The notes: generated by a model not told the origin, from the letters alone. A stretch of 64,000 bases of DNA from an uncultured Pseudomonadota bacterium (GCA_963763385.1 CAVXOD010000003.1:66270-130269), one strand, 5' to 3'; counted from the stretch's first letter, positions 29,465 to 38,239 are shown. Numbers and translations are program-made.

Positions 29465-30506
29465 GAGCAGGGCCCGATTTGACGGAATTGGGATTCCCAA
29501 ATCAGGGACGGTCTGATTTACGGTTCACGCTGGGGAGGAGGCCAGCGTGGATGACAGCTCCCTATTCGATGGACCTTCGCGAACGGGCGATGGCGCGCAA
29601 GGCGGCGGGCGAGACGAACCGTGAGATCGCAGCGGCCCTGCGGATCGCGCCTTCATGCGTCTCCAAGTGGACGAAGCGCGAGCGCGAGACCGGCTCGCTC
29701 GCCCCGGCCCAGGTCGGCGGCTACAAGCCGCGGACGCTGACGGGTGACTGCGCCGACTGGCTACGCTCGCGCATCGCCTCTGGGCCGTTCACGCTGCGGG
29801 GCTTGGCCGCTGAGCTGGCCGCGCGGGGGATCAAGACCCAGCCGCGGGCGGTGTGGGTGTTCGTCCACGCCGAGGGCCTGAGCTTCAAAAAAAACCGTGC
29901 TGCCCGAGGAGCAGACGCGTCCTGACGTGGCCAGGAGGCGCGCGCGGTGGAAGGCCTATCAAGGCCGGATCGCGCCTCAGCGCCTGGTGTTCATCGACGA
30001 GACCTGGGTCAAGACCAACATGGCGCCCCTGCGCGGCTGGGGACCCAGAGGGCGTCGTCTGAAGGCCTATGCGCCCTACGGCCACTGGAAAACCCTGACC
30101 TTCATCGCCGCCCTGCGCCATGACCGCATCGATGCGCCCTGGGTGATCGACGGCCCGATCAACGGCGAACTCTTCGCCCTCTACATCGAGAAGGTCCTGG
30201 CCCCGACGCTCTCGCCAGGCGACGTGGTCGTCCTGGACAACCTCGGCAGCCACAAGGGCAAGGCCGCCCGCGCCGCCGTCAGAGCCAGGGGCGCACATCT
30301 GATCTTCCTGCCGCCCTACAGCCCCGACCTGAATCCCATCGAGCAGCTCTTCGCCAAGCTCAAGCACCTGATGCGCAAGGCCCAGCCGCGCGACGTCGAG
30401 GCCACATGGCGAAGGGTCGGCCAGCTCCTCGACCTCTTCACCCCCACAGAGTGCGCAAACTACCTAGCCCACTCTGGCTATGGTTCCGTCTGAACGAGTC
30501 TCGCTC
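29465..30506 (+). mobile_element. IS630 family element
   Basis: TA duplication at 29463-64 and 30507-08; imperfect IRs GAGCAGGGCCCGATTTGACGGAA / TTCCGTCTGAACGAGTCTCGCTC. Confidence 0.93.
29551..30493 (+). CDS. IS630 transposase, orfA/orfB joined by a probable programmed -1 frameshift
   Basis: YSMDLRER HTH; A8 tract at 29887-29894; VFIDET, DNLGSHK and LPPYSPDLNPIE motifs. Confidence 0.93.
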
Positions 30507-30668
30507 TAGCCACGCCGGCGCGCCGCCATGGGCTTTCCAATGCCTGACCCTTAACGGGCCCCGACCCAGGGGCGAAGTGAGCTTCCACCCTGGCTTTGAC
30601 GTTTCGTAGGAGAACGAGGGGGCGGCCCCTCGCTGGGGAGCCGCGCTCCATCCTCGGCCGACGCCGGG

Positions 30669-30723
30669 AATGACCGCTTCCTGGCAAGGTGCTGTCGGCG
30701 AGTTCCGACCCTTTTCGGACCTT
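30669..30723 (+). repeat. Cassette-boundary repeat S5
   Basis: AATGACCGCTTCCTGGCAAGGTGCT-GTCGGCGAGTTC-CGACCC-TTTTCGGACCTT, with the same 25/12/6/12 spacing. Confidence 0.85.
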
Positions 30724-30727
30724 CTGG

Positions 30728-31348
30728 TCAGGCCCAGAACTTCCACCACGGTTGCCGGGCAGCGCGGCGATCCGTGCCGGAGACCGGCTTCACTGTATGC
30801 GGAGGCGAGCCCTCGGGAGCCGCGACGGCTCCATAGCGGATGATCCGCCCCGACGCTGCCGAGATATCCACGAAACAACTGTGTTCGGTTCCTGCGCGCG
30901 TAGGATCGGGCGTTCGAACTACCCGCCACACACCGGCGTCCAGCGTTGCGCTGAATCCCCCGAGAGAAACGTCAAGACCAGGCACGCCGAACTCTGCCCG
31001 TCCGGACTTCCCGACCACGCGGACCAGTGGTGTTCCGCTCTTGACCACGTACATGACCGGCAAGCCGTCCTTCGCGATCACAATGGCGTCTTCTGGGGTC
31101 CGCACGGGGACCGCCTCAGATATCGACTTCACCTCCACGCCATCGGGCAGTTTTGAGCGAAGCAGGTAGCCGACAGGCCGATTGTCGGGGGTACGTTGTT
31201 CGTAGCTGCTCTTAATGTAGGGGCGCGCGCCGTCAGCCCCATGAAAGGTCGTACTCAGGTACTCTATCTCGTCAGCTTCCAACTCGCGCGCAGTCCCGTC
31301 GTCCTCGATGTAGACGTACTTGGTCGCGGTTTGAGTGTCAGTCGGCAA
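30728..31348 (-). CDS. Hypothetical protein (cassette, inverted)
   Basis: TTG start after AGGGGAG; YVYIEDDG.AREL...EYL...F.G.DGARPYIK N-domain; C-terminal PWWKFW motif. Confidence 0.7.
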   Translation of the reverse strand: MPTDTQTATKYVYIEDDGTARELEADEIEYLSTTFHGADGARPYIKSSYEQRTPDNRPVGYLLRSKLPDGVEVKSISEAVPVRTPEDAIVIAKDGLPVMYVVKSGTPLVRVVGKSGRAEFGVPGLDVSLGGFSATLDAGVWRVVRTPDPTRAGTEHSCFVDISAASGRIIRYGAVAAPEGSPPHTVKPVSGTDRRAARQPWWKFWA

Positions 31349-31506
31349 GGAGACTCCCCTAGAGCGGGCGGAGGGTCGAAGGACCTGAGGCAGCATCGGC
31401 CAATCTAGTCGCGCCACTTGCCGGGGTCCAAGGGTCCGCTAACGACCGTGTCCGGTTGTTTGAAGCGTCCGCTTTCGGCCACGACGCCAACGGGGAGTTT
31501 CGACCC

Positions 31507-31865
31507 TGTGTGGACGGCACTCCTGCGGCAAGGGCTTTCTTGAGCTGATGCAGGGCTGGTTGGTGCGGCCATGTGTACGGCCTGTGGGTGCGGCGTTGGA
31601 GGCCGCGGGCCACAATGCCTTGATCGCGCGAACCGGGTCCCGACCAAAAGCCACTCGAAGGTGCAGGGTCGAAAAGCGGGGTCTCCCGGTGCGGCGGTTT
31701 CAACCGGCTTTCGTCGGGCGGGTGACCGCTTCGCAGATCGCTTCCGCGTCAGCCGCGTCGTTCTTACTGCGCTTGACGTAGGGCTTCACGTACTGCGCCG
31801 GCATCAGCTTGACCTCGTGGCCGAGCGCGATCAGCTCCCTGGCCGTGGAGTGCCGTCCACAGCAT
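31507..31865 (-). mobile_element. Internally deleted (non-autonomous) IS1111-type element, ~359 bp
   Basis: Perfect 15-bp subterminal IR TGTGGACGGCACTCC (31509-23 and 31847-61); transposase remnant RELIALGHEVKLMPAQYVKPYVKRSKNDAADAEAICEA at ~31730-31840. Confidence 0.9.
31525..31700 (-). ncRNA. Putative bridge/seekRNA remnant of the mini-IS (boundaries approximate)
   Basis: Minus strand reads ACCGGG..CCCG-c-UUUUCGACCC-ug-CAC(CUUCGA)GUG-GCUUUUGG-u-CGGG-a-CCCGGU; the guides match flank TTTCGAC-CC-AAAAGC. Confidence 0.72.
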
Positions 31866-31977
31866 CAAAAGCTGACGTTCCGGGTCGGTGGAGGCGGCTG
31901 CGAGTTTTCTGGAAGCCCGCAGGTTGCAAGTGGCAGTCCATCGGGCCAACCTCGACGGCAGCCAACAGGGGGCGTCA

Positions 31978-32655
31978 GTGAGGCCAGCAATCGTCTCAGT
32001 GTTGATAGGCGTGCTGGTCGCGTTCGTGGCCGGGCGCGCCGCCGCCGACACCGCAATCAAGAACTACAGTGGGCCGGACGGCGGATGGATCGTATTCTCC
32101 GAGACCAACCCGGAAGTGCCCCATAAGACCAGGATCTTCTTCCGTATTCGCCAGGTTGGCGGAAGAGGACAATACGTCGACCCAGCTGCCAGCCTGTTTC
32201 AGCGGGCGACACCGGTCGACGTGTCCGCCGCAGCGTTCGACCCCCTGACCCGCGCCCAGACCCATGCCGCCGCAGCCAGCGAAGGACTTGATCTCTGGGA
32301 TATGCCCAATTCCACCGTCGTCTTTGTGTTTCGCGAGCCGCCCGGCGAATACGAAGTCTATGAGGTCAACGTCTCCTACATCGGCACCGCGACCTGGGTG
32401 AACGCTCTGGAGAAGGGACGCGTCATTCCCATAACGGTAGCCGCTGGGAAGACCACCTATGTGGGAAGCTTCAACACCGCACCGCTTCGACGGCCCAACA
32501 CATGGAAGGGCGGGTACGTCCCGGACTGGCTTCTCGTCGTGAACGATCAGAGCCAGCGCGACCTGCCGATTGCCCGCCGCAAAGCGCCCGACCTTAGTCT
32601 GGAGACAACACCCCGGCCGCCGTCGGACGATTTTACGACGAGTGACTTCCGCTGA
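31978..32655 (+). CDS. Secreted hypothetical protein (cassette)
   Basis: Signal peptide; PPGEYEV, ITVAAGKTTYVGS and V.DQSQRDL motifs; stop inside an arm-like GACTTCCGCTGA. Confidence 0.75.
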   Translation: MRPAIVSVLIGVLVAFVAGRAAADTAIKNYSGPDGGWIVFSETNPEVPHKTRIFFRIRQVGGRGQYVDPAASLFQRATPVDVSAAAFDPLTRAQTHAAAASEGLDLWDMPNSTVVFVFREPPGEYEVYEVNVSYIGTATWVNALEKGRVIPITVAAGKTTYVGSFNTAPLRRPNTWKGGYVPDWLLVVNDQSQRDLPIARRKAPDLSLETTPRPPSDDFTTSDFR

Positions 32656-32690
32656 ACCAGTTTGGCAGAGCCCATACGCCGTTCCTGTCC

Positions 32691-32772
32691 GTCGTCCGCT
32701 TCCTGGTCGGTTCAATCGAGCGTCGATTGAGGGCGCGAGGCCAATGACCGGTTTCGACCCGAATTTGCCGTT
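32691..32772 (+). repeat. Cassette-boundary repeat S7 with a hairpin inserted in the linker
   Basis: GTCGTCCGCTTCCTGG..[TCAATCGA-GCG-TCGATTGA]..GGCGCGAGGCC-AATGACCGGTTT-CGACCC-GAATTTGCCGTT. Confidence 0.8.
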
Positions 32773-32938
32773 GGCAGCGGCCGCCTCCAGGCTAGGCTCG
32801 CAGATACCCGGTGCTTCGAAGCCGGCATGAACGACCACGAGTCCATCGACCGGCGAAGCTGTTGGAGGGCGCGGTGGTCGAGGGCTTGACGAGGAAAGCA
32901 CACTCGCCCGTCGATGGCGTCCGCCTAACCGAAAGCCG

Positions 32939-33502
32939 CTACTGATCCCAGAGCCGCATCGGCGTACGTCCCTGCTCCACCGCTTGAACGTCGGCCAGGG
33001 CCTGCCAGTAGGTGTCCCAGTCGAGCGCTCGCTGCGGACAGCTCGAATGCGTCGTCCCAGGATCGATCTCGGAGTGGCCAAAGATATAATATTTGTCCAT
33101 CGGAATTCCGACAGTCTTGCAAAGCCACCTGACCAGTTGCGCCGACTTCCAATACTGTATGTCGGTGAGGGTCGTGTCCTGGGGGGACCGCGCGTTGTGC
33201 TCTATGCCGATGGTGGTCGGGTTCTCGGCGTTCGCGTGATAGGCCATGTCCTTGTGGCGCACGCACTGCACGATGGTTCCGTCCCGCCCGACGATGTAGT
33301 GGGCCGACTGCTGGCGCGGCTTGCCGTCGGGGCCGATCTCCGGCGGCGAGGCGAAGACATTCCGGGCGGTCTGCTTGGCGTCGACGGCGCTGCCGTCGGT
33401 GCAGTGGAGCACGATCGCGTCGATCTGACGGGACGTCATCTTGGCGTAGCGTTGCGCGTTCGCCGGAATCCAGATGACGTCGGGAAAGCCATCACCAGAC
33501 AT
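32939..33502 (-). CDS. N-acetylmuramoyl-L-alanine amidase (Amidase_2/AmpD-like; cassette, inverted)
   Basis: IVLHCT, SAHYIV, AYHA, IGIE and GHSE...CP motifs. Confidence 0.9.
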   Translation of the reverse strand: MSGDGFPDVIWIPANAQRYAKMTSRQIDAIVLHCTDGSAVDAKQTARNVFASPPEIGPDGKPRQQSAHYIVGRDGTIVQCVRHKDMAYHANAENPTTIGIEHNARSPQDTTLTDIQYWKSAQLVRWLCKTVGIPMDKYYIFGHSEIDPGTTHSSCPQRALDWDTYWQALADVQAVEQGRTPMRLWDQ

Positions 33503-33620
33503 CGGACCCCCTTGGCGAGCAACGGATCTGGGCAACCCTAAGCTTCGCCACTGAATGGCAAATCCGTCAATCTTAAGGTCAGGCGGCCGGCGACCTCTCT
33601 CAATTAACCCAGGCTAGTTT

Positions 33621-33706
33621 AGGGGCCGCCATCCACCCGGCTCTGACGTCGGGACTTCCGCTTCCAGGCGTGATGGTGATGACCGAGTTCGACCCAAACT
33701 GCCATT
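33621..33706 (+). repeat. Cassette-boundary repeat S8
   Basis: AGGGGCCGCCAT-CCACCC-GGCTCTGACGTC then GACTTCCGCTTCCAGGCGTGATGGT-GATGACCGAGTT-CGACCC-AAACTGCCATT. Confidence 0.82.
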
Positions 33707-33797
33707 CGGTCGCCAAGCCCGCTTCGTTGATCGAGATCAATGGTTCGGCAGGCCTAACTGGCATCGTCAGCGACTGAGGGCAGCGGGAGGGCGTCCG

Positions 33798-34172
33798 GTG
33801 CAGCAATTTACGTTTCGACTCGAAGATGGTCGTAGCGGCAACATCGCATCGACAACGCTCACACTGGCCGACCTAGTTGAGGCGCGCGCGAAAGCCGCAG
33901 TTCACCTCAGCGCCGCGCCTTACTTTCAATCAGTCGAAGTCCTCCAGAGGCAAGAAGTCGTTTGCGTGGTCCGTCGCACTGCACTCGATCACCTCGGTCG
34001 ACCGCATCGTCAGGAACCTGCTGTGGTGGGCGGTTGTTCGGTAAGTTCGTCATGCGGTGCGGCTGTCGTGGATGAAGGTCGGCACGCGATTCATCCGATC
34101 CGTCCGCGGCAGCGGCGCGAGCCGCACTTGCACCAGAATGGGTGGCTGAACCAAGTCTCGGTGGCCTCGTAG
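33798..34172 (+). CDS. Small hypothetical protein (true end may be earlier)
   Basis: GGGAGG RBS; FTFRL....L.LAD..EARAKA...L......VEV pattern. Confidence 0.45.
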   Translation: MQQFTFRLEDGRSGNIASTTLTLADLVEARAKAAVHLSAAPYFQSVEVLQRQEVVCVVRRTALDHLGRPHRQEPAVVGGCSVSSSCGAAVVDEGRHAIHPIRPRQRREPHLHQNGWLNQVSVAS

Positions 34173-34498
34173 TCGCAGGTGATCGCCTCACCCGTCTCGA
34201 TCCGCCGGACGGCCACCATCGCGCTGAGCGGGGAAGGCGACACAGCAGTTCGGCTCGCAGCTGTGCGCGGTCCTCGCGAGCATGAGGATGGAAGAGGTGA
34301 CGGCCATCGGGATGCTGGACCGTCTCGCGGTCGCGCTGCGAGCCGCCACTCCGCCTCGTCGAACCGGAAGACCACGTCACCAGGCTGATACGTGCGGGCG
34401 GCGTAGACCGTTTCCCTGGCGGGTTCATTCCGCGCCAGGGACGGGAGCGACGAGAGCGGGGTCGTGAAAGGCAGGGGTAGCCTGAGTGTGAGGAACAT
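34091..34498 (-). CDS. SET-domain protein (frameshifted)
   Basis: VYAAR.YQPGDVV; AHSCEPN in a shifted frame; I.TGEAITCDY; post-SET CKCGSRRCRG. Confidence 0.8.
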   Translation of the reverse strand: MFLTLRLPLPFTTPLSSLPSLARNEPARETVYAARTYQPGDVVFRFDEAEWRLAARPRDGPASRWPSPLPSSCSRGPRTAASRTAVSPSPLSAMVAVRRIETGEAITCDYEATETWFSHPFWCKCGSRRCRGRIG

Positions 34499-34502
34499 TG
34501 CC

Positions 34503-34964
34503 CTATGCCGCCTTTTCGGCGCTGGGGAAGCCGACGCGCCGGGCGATGCAGATCGGGCGTCCCTTGTCGTTGAGGCGGCGCTGGGCGTCGAAACCTTGAG
34601 CGCGCAACAGGGCGGCCACGGCCTCGAACTCCTCGCCGGAACGGCCTGGACGGGTCTGGACGATCACGGCGCCGCCCTCGGTGACCTCGCCGGCGGCGGC
34701 GAGCAACGGCGCGACATCCTCGGCGGCGCAAGGCTGCGCAATTAGCAGCGCATCCGCCGGTCGGGAACGCTCGCCGGCCGACGCCCGGACGAAGACGGCG
34801 CGGTCATAGCCGTGCTGGCTGAGCCACAACGCCGCGAGCGGGCCGGAAGGACCGATCACGCGGATCAGGTCGTCCTTCTCGACGCCGGCGGCACGCAGCA
34901 CGCGCATCAGCGCGCCGCCATCGGCGGCCAGCGGCTGCAGGGGTTGGTAGAGGTGGATAGTCAT
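34503..34964 (-). CDS. Hypothetical protein
   Basis: Clean ORF MTIHLYQP...AEKAA; no family recognised. Confidence 0.6.
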   Translation of the reverse strand: MTIHLYQPLQPLAADGGALMRVLRAAGVEKDDLIRVIGPSGPLAALWLSQHGYDRAVFVRASAGERSRPADALLIAQPCAAEDVAPLLAAAGEVTEGGAVIVQTRPGRSGEEFEAVAALLRAQGFDAQRRLNDKGRPICIARRVGFPSAEKAA

Positions 34965-35624
34965 CGAAGCACCCGAAAAAAGGCCAGCGACCGCAGCAGT
35001 TGACGATCGCTGGCTCCAAGTTACGAGCTGCGACGATATCTTCGCGTCGCATAAGGATTCGATATGGATCGGAAACCAGGCGTCCTGGTTTCCAACAAGA
35101 TCCAAGTACCGGATCGGACTGCTGTTTGGTGTCAGTCTTCGGTTGCTGATTTTATGCGCCTCTTACGCTCGCATCCCAAGAGGCGCTTTGAACGCTTAGA
35201 CGCTCTGGACTTAGGATTCCCAGGCTCGCGTCTATCCTGGGTGCGAAGGGTCTTTTTGTTGAATGTCCAATCTCTCTGAGATCGCCGGCGCCCTGCTCGC
35301 GGCTGCGGGCCTCATCTGGATACCCGGCGCCATCGTCATCAAGGCGGCCGAGCACCTGCGCGCACGCCGGACCGTGAGCTGCGGCGCGCCGGGCGCGGCG
35401 CGCCGGGCGCGGGTCGGCTGCGGGAGATCCAGTGATGGCGCCGTCCTGGTTCGGCGCCATACTGGTCGTCGCTCGCAATCCACGAAGCGCCAACCGCGAT
35501 ATGCACAAGCCGGCACACCGCGACGGCTCAGCCGTGAAGACGCGTCAGGGCACGCTGGCCAAGTCGCCCTTGGCGGGCCGCTTCGCGCCAGTGCGGGGAA
35601 GAAGGCAGGTCTGAGCGACCCTGC

Positions 35625-35713
35625 GCCAACGGCGAGTTTCCACCCTCTGAGGACGCCTGGGCGTCCTCTTCCGGGCATCACGCCAACGGCGAGTTCGACC
35701 CACACCGGAACTT
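35625..35713 (+). repeat. Cassette-boundary repeat S9 (tandem CCACCC and CGACCC sub-sites)
   Basis: GCC-AACGGCGAGTTT-CCACCC-TCTGAGGACGCC then GGCGTCCTCTTCCGGGCATCACGCC-AACGGCGAGTT-CGACCC-ACACCGGAACTT. Confidence 0.88.
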
Positions 35714-35910
35714 ACGAGGGTCTGCCATTGGGCGCGCCAGCAGGGTGTCAGGGGGGAGCTTATCCTCCGCAAGGGCGATGCCACCTCCGCCAGCGGCTGC
35801 CGCGCACCCACCTGTCGCAACCTTTGCCGTAGCTGCGCGTTGAGCTCCCGAACGCGGGCCGCGGCGCAAGGCGCGCTGGGGCGTTCGCGCACAACAACGG
35901 GGACGGGCTC

Positions 35911-36798
35911 ATGCGCCGGCCCAGTGCCATTCCCCCAACCCTGTTCGTCCTTTTGGTCGTTGTAGGCGCGGCGGTGGCTTGGCTGATTCGCGTCAGCGTC
36001 GGCGCCGCGCCAGCTGTCGCGTTCCAGGCCGTGGTCGTCGTCGCGGCCGGCTTGCTGGCCGCAGCGATCAAGATCGCTAGCCAATGGGAGCGGGCGGTGG
36101 TTCTGCGCCTGGGGCGGTTCCGCGCGCTCAACGGCCCCGGCCTGTTCTTCATCATCCCGATCGTCGACGTCATTCCCTACTGGATCGACATTCGGGTGAT
36201 CACCACAACCTTCAAGGCCGAGAAGACCCTGACCAAGGATACCGTGCCCGTGGACGTGGACGCGGTGCTGTTCTGGAAGGTCTTCGATCCCCAGCGGGCG
36301 GCCCTGGACGTCGAGGACTACCGCAGCGCCATCGCCTGGGCCTCCCAGACCGCCCTGCGCGATGTCATCGGCAAGACCATGCTCGCCGACATGCTGGAGG
36401 GACGCGAGAGGATCGGCAAAGAACTGCGTCGGATCATCGACGAGCGCACCGAGCCCTGGGGCGTCAACGTCATCTCGGTAGAGCTTAAGGACGTCCTGAT
36501 CCCCGCCTCCCTGGAGGACGCCATGTCCATGCAGGCCCAGGCCGAACGCGAACGCCAGGCGCGGATCATCCTTGGCGATTCCGAACGCCAAGTGGCCGAG
36601 AGTTTCCAGGAAGCGGCCCGCTCTTATGCCGGCAATCCCACCGCCCTCCACCTGCGGGCTATGAACATGCTCTACGAGGGGCTGAAGCAGAACGCGACCT
36701 TCGTCATCGTGCCCAGCACGGCGCTGGATTTGATGCAGCTCGGCGGCATAGCGGGCCTGGGCCGCGCACCCGTCGAGCCGGCGCCCAAGGTGGACTAA
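35911..36798 (+). CDS. SPFH/stomatin (slipin) family protein (cassette)
   Basis: WERAVVLRLGR, GPGLFFIIP, LTKD.V.V.VDAV and QAQAERERQA motifs. Confidence 0.93.
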   Translation: MRRPSAIPPTLFVLLVVVGAAVAWLIRVSVGAAPAVAFQAVVVVAAGLLAAAIKIASQWERAVVLRLGRFRALNGPGLFFIIPIVDVIPYWIDIRVITTTFKAEKTLTKDTVPVDVDAVLFWKVFDPQRAALDVEDYRSAIAWASQTALRDVIGKTMLADMLEGRERIGKELRRIIDERTEPWGVNVISVELKDVLIPASLEDAMSMQAQAERERQARIILGDSERQVAESFQEAARSYAGNPTALHLRAMNMLYEGLKQNATFVIVPSTALDLMQLGGIAGLGRAPVEPAPKVD

Positions 36799-36907
36799 CC
36801 CCCGTCGCGGACACGCGCCAATGCCAGAGTTCCACCCCGTCCCGCCTCTGGCCGCGTCTGCTTCCTGGCGCGAGCCCAACGGGGAGTTTCGACCCAAAGC
36901 TGAAGTT
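36787..36907 (+). repeat. Cassette-boundary repeat S10 (55-bp core at 36853-36907 plus upstream sub-sites)
   Basis: AATGCCAGAGTT-CCACCC.. then CGCGTCTGCTTCCTGGCGCGAGCCC-AACGGGGAGTTT-CGACCC-AAAGCTGAAGTT. Confidence 0.92.
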
Positions 36908-36940
36908 GACCGCCGCGTGCCGGTTTCATCTAGTCGCCAG

Positions 36941-37393
36941 ATGACACTTCCCAGCCTGACCGGCCCCCTGACTGGCATGCATGACGGTCTCCTAACGTCC
37001 GTCGCGGTTAGCGAGGGTGTGGCCGTGCTGGGGCTCACTCACGTGGACGGTCGTCAGTTCAACCTCACCCTGACCGGCGTGGAAGCTCTATCCATCAACG
37101 ACTCTCGAGAGGGAAACATCATTCTCGAACTTCAGGTGGCCACGGGCTCTGATTTCGAGGTTGCGGGTCTATCGCCAGGCGATGTTCGAGCGACATTGGA
37201 AGTGCTCTTCACGCGCCCGCACCCCGAGGCAGCTCAGAAATACCACGACGACTATGATGCAGCCTTGGAGAGGCAAGTAGAGCGGCTGGAAAAAGGCGAA
37301 ATGCGGCTGGTCATCCTCGACCCGGCGTACGGAGCTGATCTTGTCGCGTATTGCGCCTCAGCCGAGCTGACGGATGTCGCCCCTCCCGCGTGA
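36941..37393 (+). CDS. Hypothetical protein (cassette)
   Basis: MHDG.L..V..., LTGVEAL, EGNII and PAYGADLVAYC; fills the interval between S10 and S11. Confidence 0.7.
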   Translation: MTLPSLTGPLTGMHDGLLTSVAVSEGVAVLGLTHVDGRQFNLTLTGVEALSINDSREGNIILELQVATGSDFEVAGLSPGDVRATLEVLFTRPHPEAAQKYHDDYDAALERQVERLEKGEMRLVILDPAYGADLVAYCASAELTDVAPPA

Positions 37394-37396
37394 GCC

Positions 37397-37451
37397 AGCG
37401 TCCGCTTTGGGGCATGGCGCAAACGGTGAAAGTCGACCCTTAGCAGAAGTT
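37397..37451 (+). repeat. Cassette-boundary repeat S11
   Basis: AGCGTCCGCTTTGGGGCATGGCGCA-AACGGTGAAAGT-CGACCC-TTAGCAGAAGTT. Confidence 0.9.
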
Positions 37452-37475
37452 GGTCGCTGCGCTTAGGATGGCCGC

Positions 37476-38042
37476 ATGCCAAAAGCGCGGCCGCCGATGC
37501 AACCTGAGCCGCCGGCGTCGCGGGGCGAGGCCGGCTTCAGCGGCGGCCGCGTCCGGCGGGCGACCCGCGCAGATCTGGCCCTCATGCCGGCGATCGAGGA
37601 TTCGGGCGCCGAAACCTTTGCGCGCTACGGCCAGCCGCTGGCGGACGGGTCTCCGGCCAAGCAAGGCCACTACGAAGAAGTGCTAGCGAGCGGGCTCATC
37701 TGGGTGACCGAAGCGGCTGACGGGCAAGTCGTGGGATTCCTGGCCGCGTATCCCGTCGACGGCGTGCTGCATGTGGAGGAGATCGACGTGCTTTTGACGC
37801 ATCAGCGCCAGGGTCACGGCCGTCGCCTGATGACCCAAGCGATCGACTGGGCGCGGGCTCGACCGCTTGAGGCGGTCACGCTGACCACGTTCCGCCACAT
37901 TCCTTGGAACGGACCCTTCTACGCCACGATGGGCTTCGAAGAAGTCTCGGACCGCGCGATGACGCCGCGGCTCGCCGCGATCCTTGCTGAAGAAGCCGCC
38001 AGCGGCTTCGAGGACCGTTGCGCGATGAGGCTCATCCTATGA
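37476..38042 (+). CDS. GNAT N-acetyltransferase (cassette)
   Basis: LHVEEIDV, QRQGHGRRL and TLTTFRHIPWNGPFY motifs. Confidence 0.9.
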   Translation: MPKARPPMQPEPPASRGEAGFSGGRVRRATRADLALMPAIEDSGAETFARYGQPLADGSPAKQGHYEEVLASGLIWVTEAADGQVVGFLAAYPVDGVLHVEEIDVLLTHQRQGHGRRLMTQAIDWARARPLEAVTLTTFRHIPWNGPFYATMGFEEVSDRAMTPRLAAILAEEAASGFEDRCAMRLIL

Positions 38043-38239
38043 CAAGCGCGACGGCCGCGAGCGGAGTCGTCTGACCGGCGCCGAGGCGATGGAGACGCTG
38101 GCGCGGACGCACCCCGCTACGGATGCCGGAGACTGCCAGGCAAGATGCGAAGGGCAGCTATCCAGTTCGTCCCTCAGTCCGGCACATTCGCTTTTAGCCA
38201 CGAAACCCGCTGCATCGAGGCCGTACTCGTTGGGACGGG

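Larger units (their letters stand above)
29068..30609 (+). pseudogene. GNAT N-acetyltransferase (YhbS-like) interrupted by IS630
   Basis: MQIRLERPED...LGPVSV...GIGQGL...LGDPAYYARFGF. Removing the IS restores ..DPHL-SHAGAPPWAFQ...V.FHPGFDVS-stop. Confidence 0.9.
31432..31879 (+). repeat. Cassette-boundary repeat S6, split by the mini-IS1111
   Basis: GGGTCCGCTAA-CGACC.. then AGCGTCCGCTTTCGGCCACGACGCC-AACGGGGAGTTT-CGACCC [insert] AAAAGCTGACGTT. Confidence 0.9.

Noticed and set aside
31530-31600. Donor-binding guides in the mini-IS RNA (CACAG and GCAUC matching the circle junction)
   Set aside because: Matches are only ~5 nt and I could not establish the loop structure, so they were not used as evidence.
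35040-35600. AT-richer stretch with GCATAAG/TTTATGC motifs and a short hydrophobic ORF from 35263
   Set aside because: Could be a regulated promoter plus a small membrane peptide, but neither a regulator nor a reliable ORF end can be supported.
38149-38190. Further possible repeat copies here and at ~28900-28990, ~31362-31382, ~32916-32940 and ~33521-33548
   Set aside because: Only partial arm or spacer similarity, too degenerate to call by eye; a profile search is needed.
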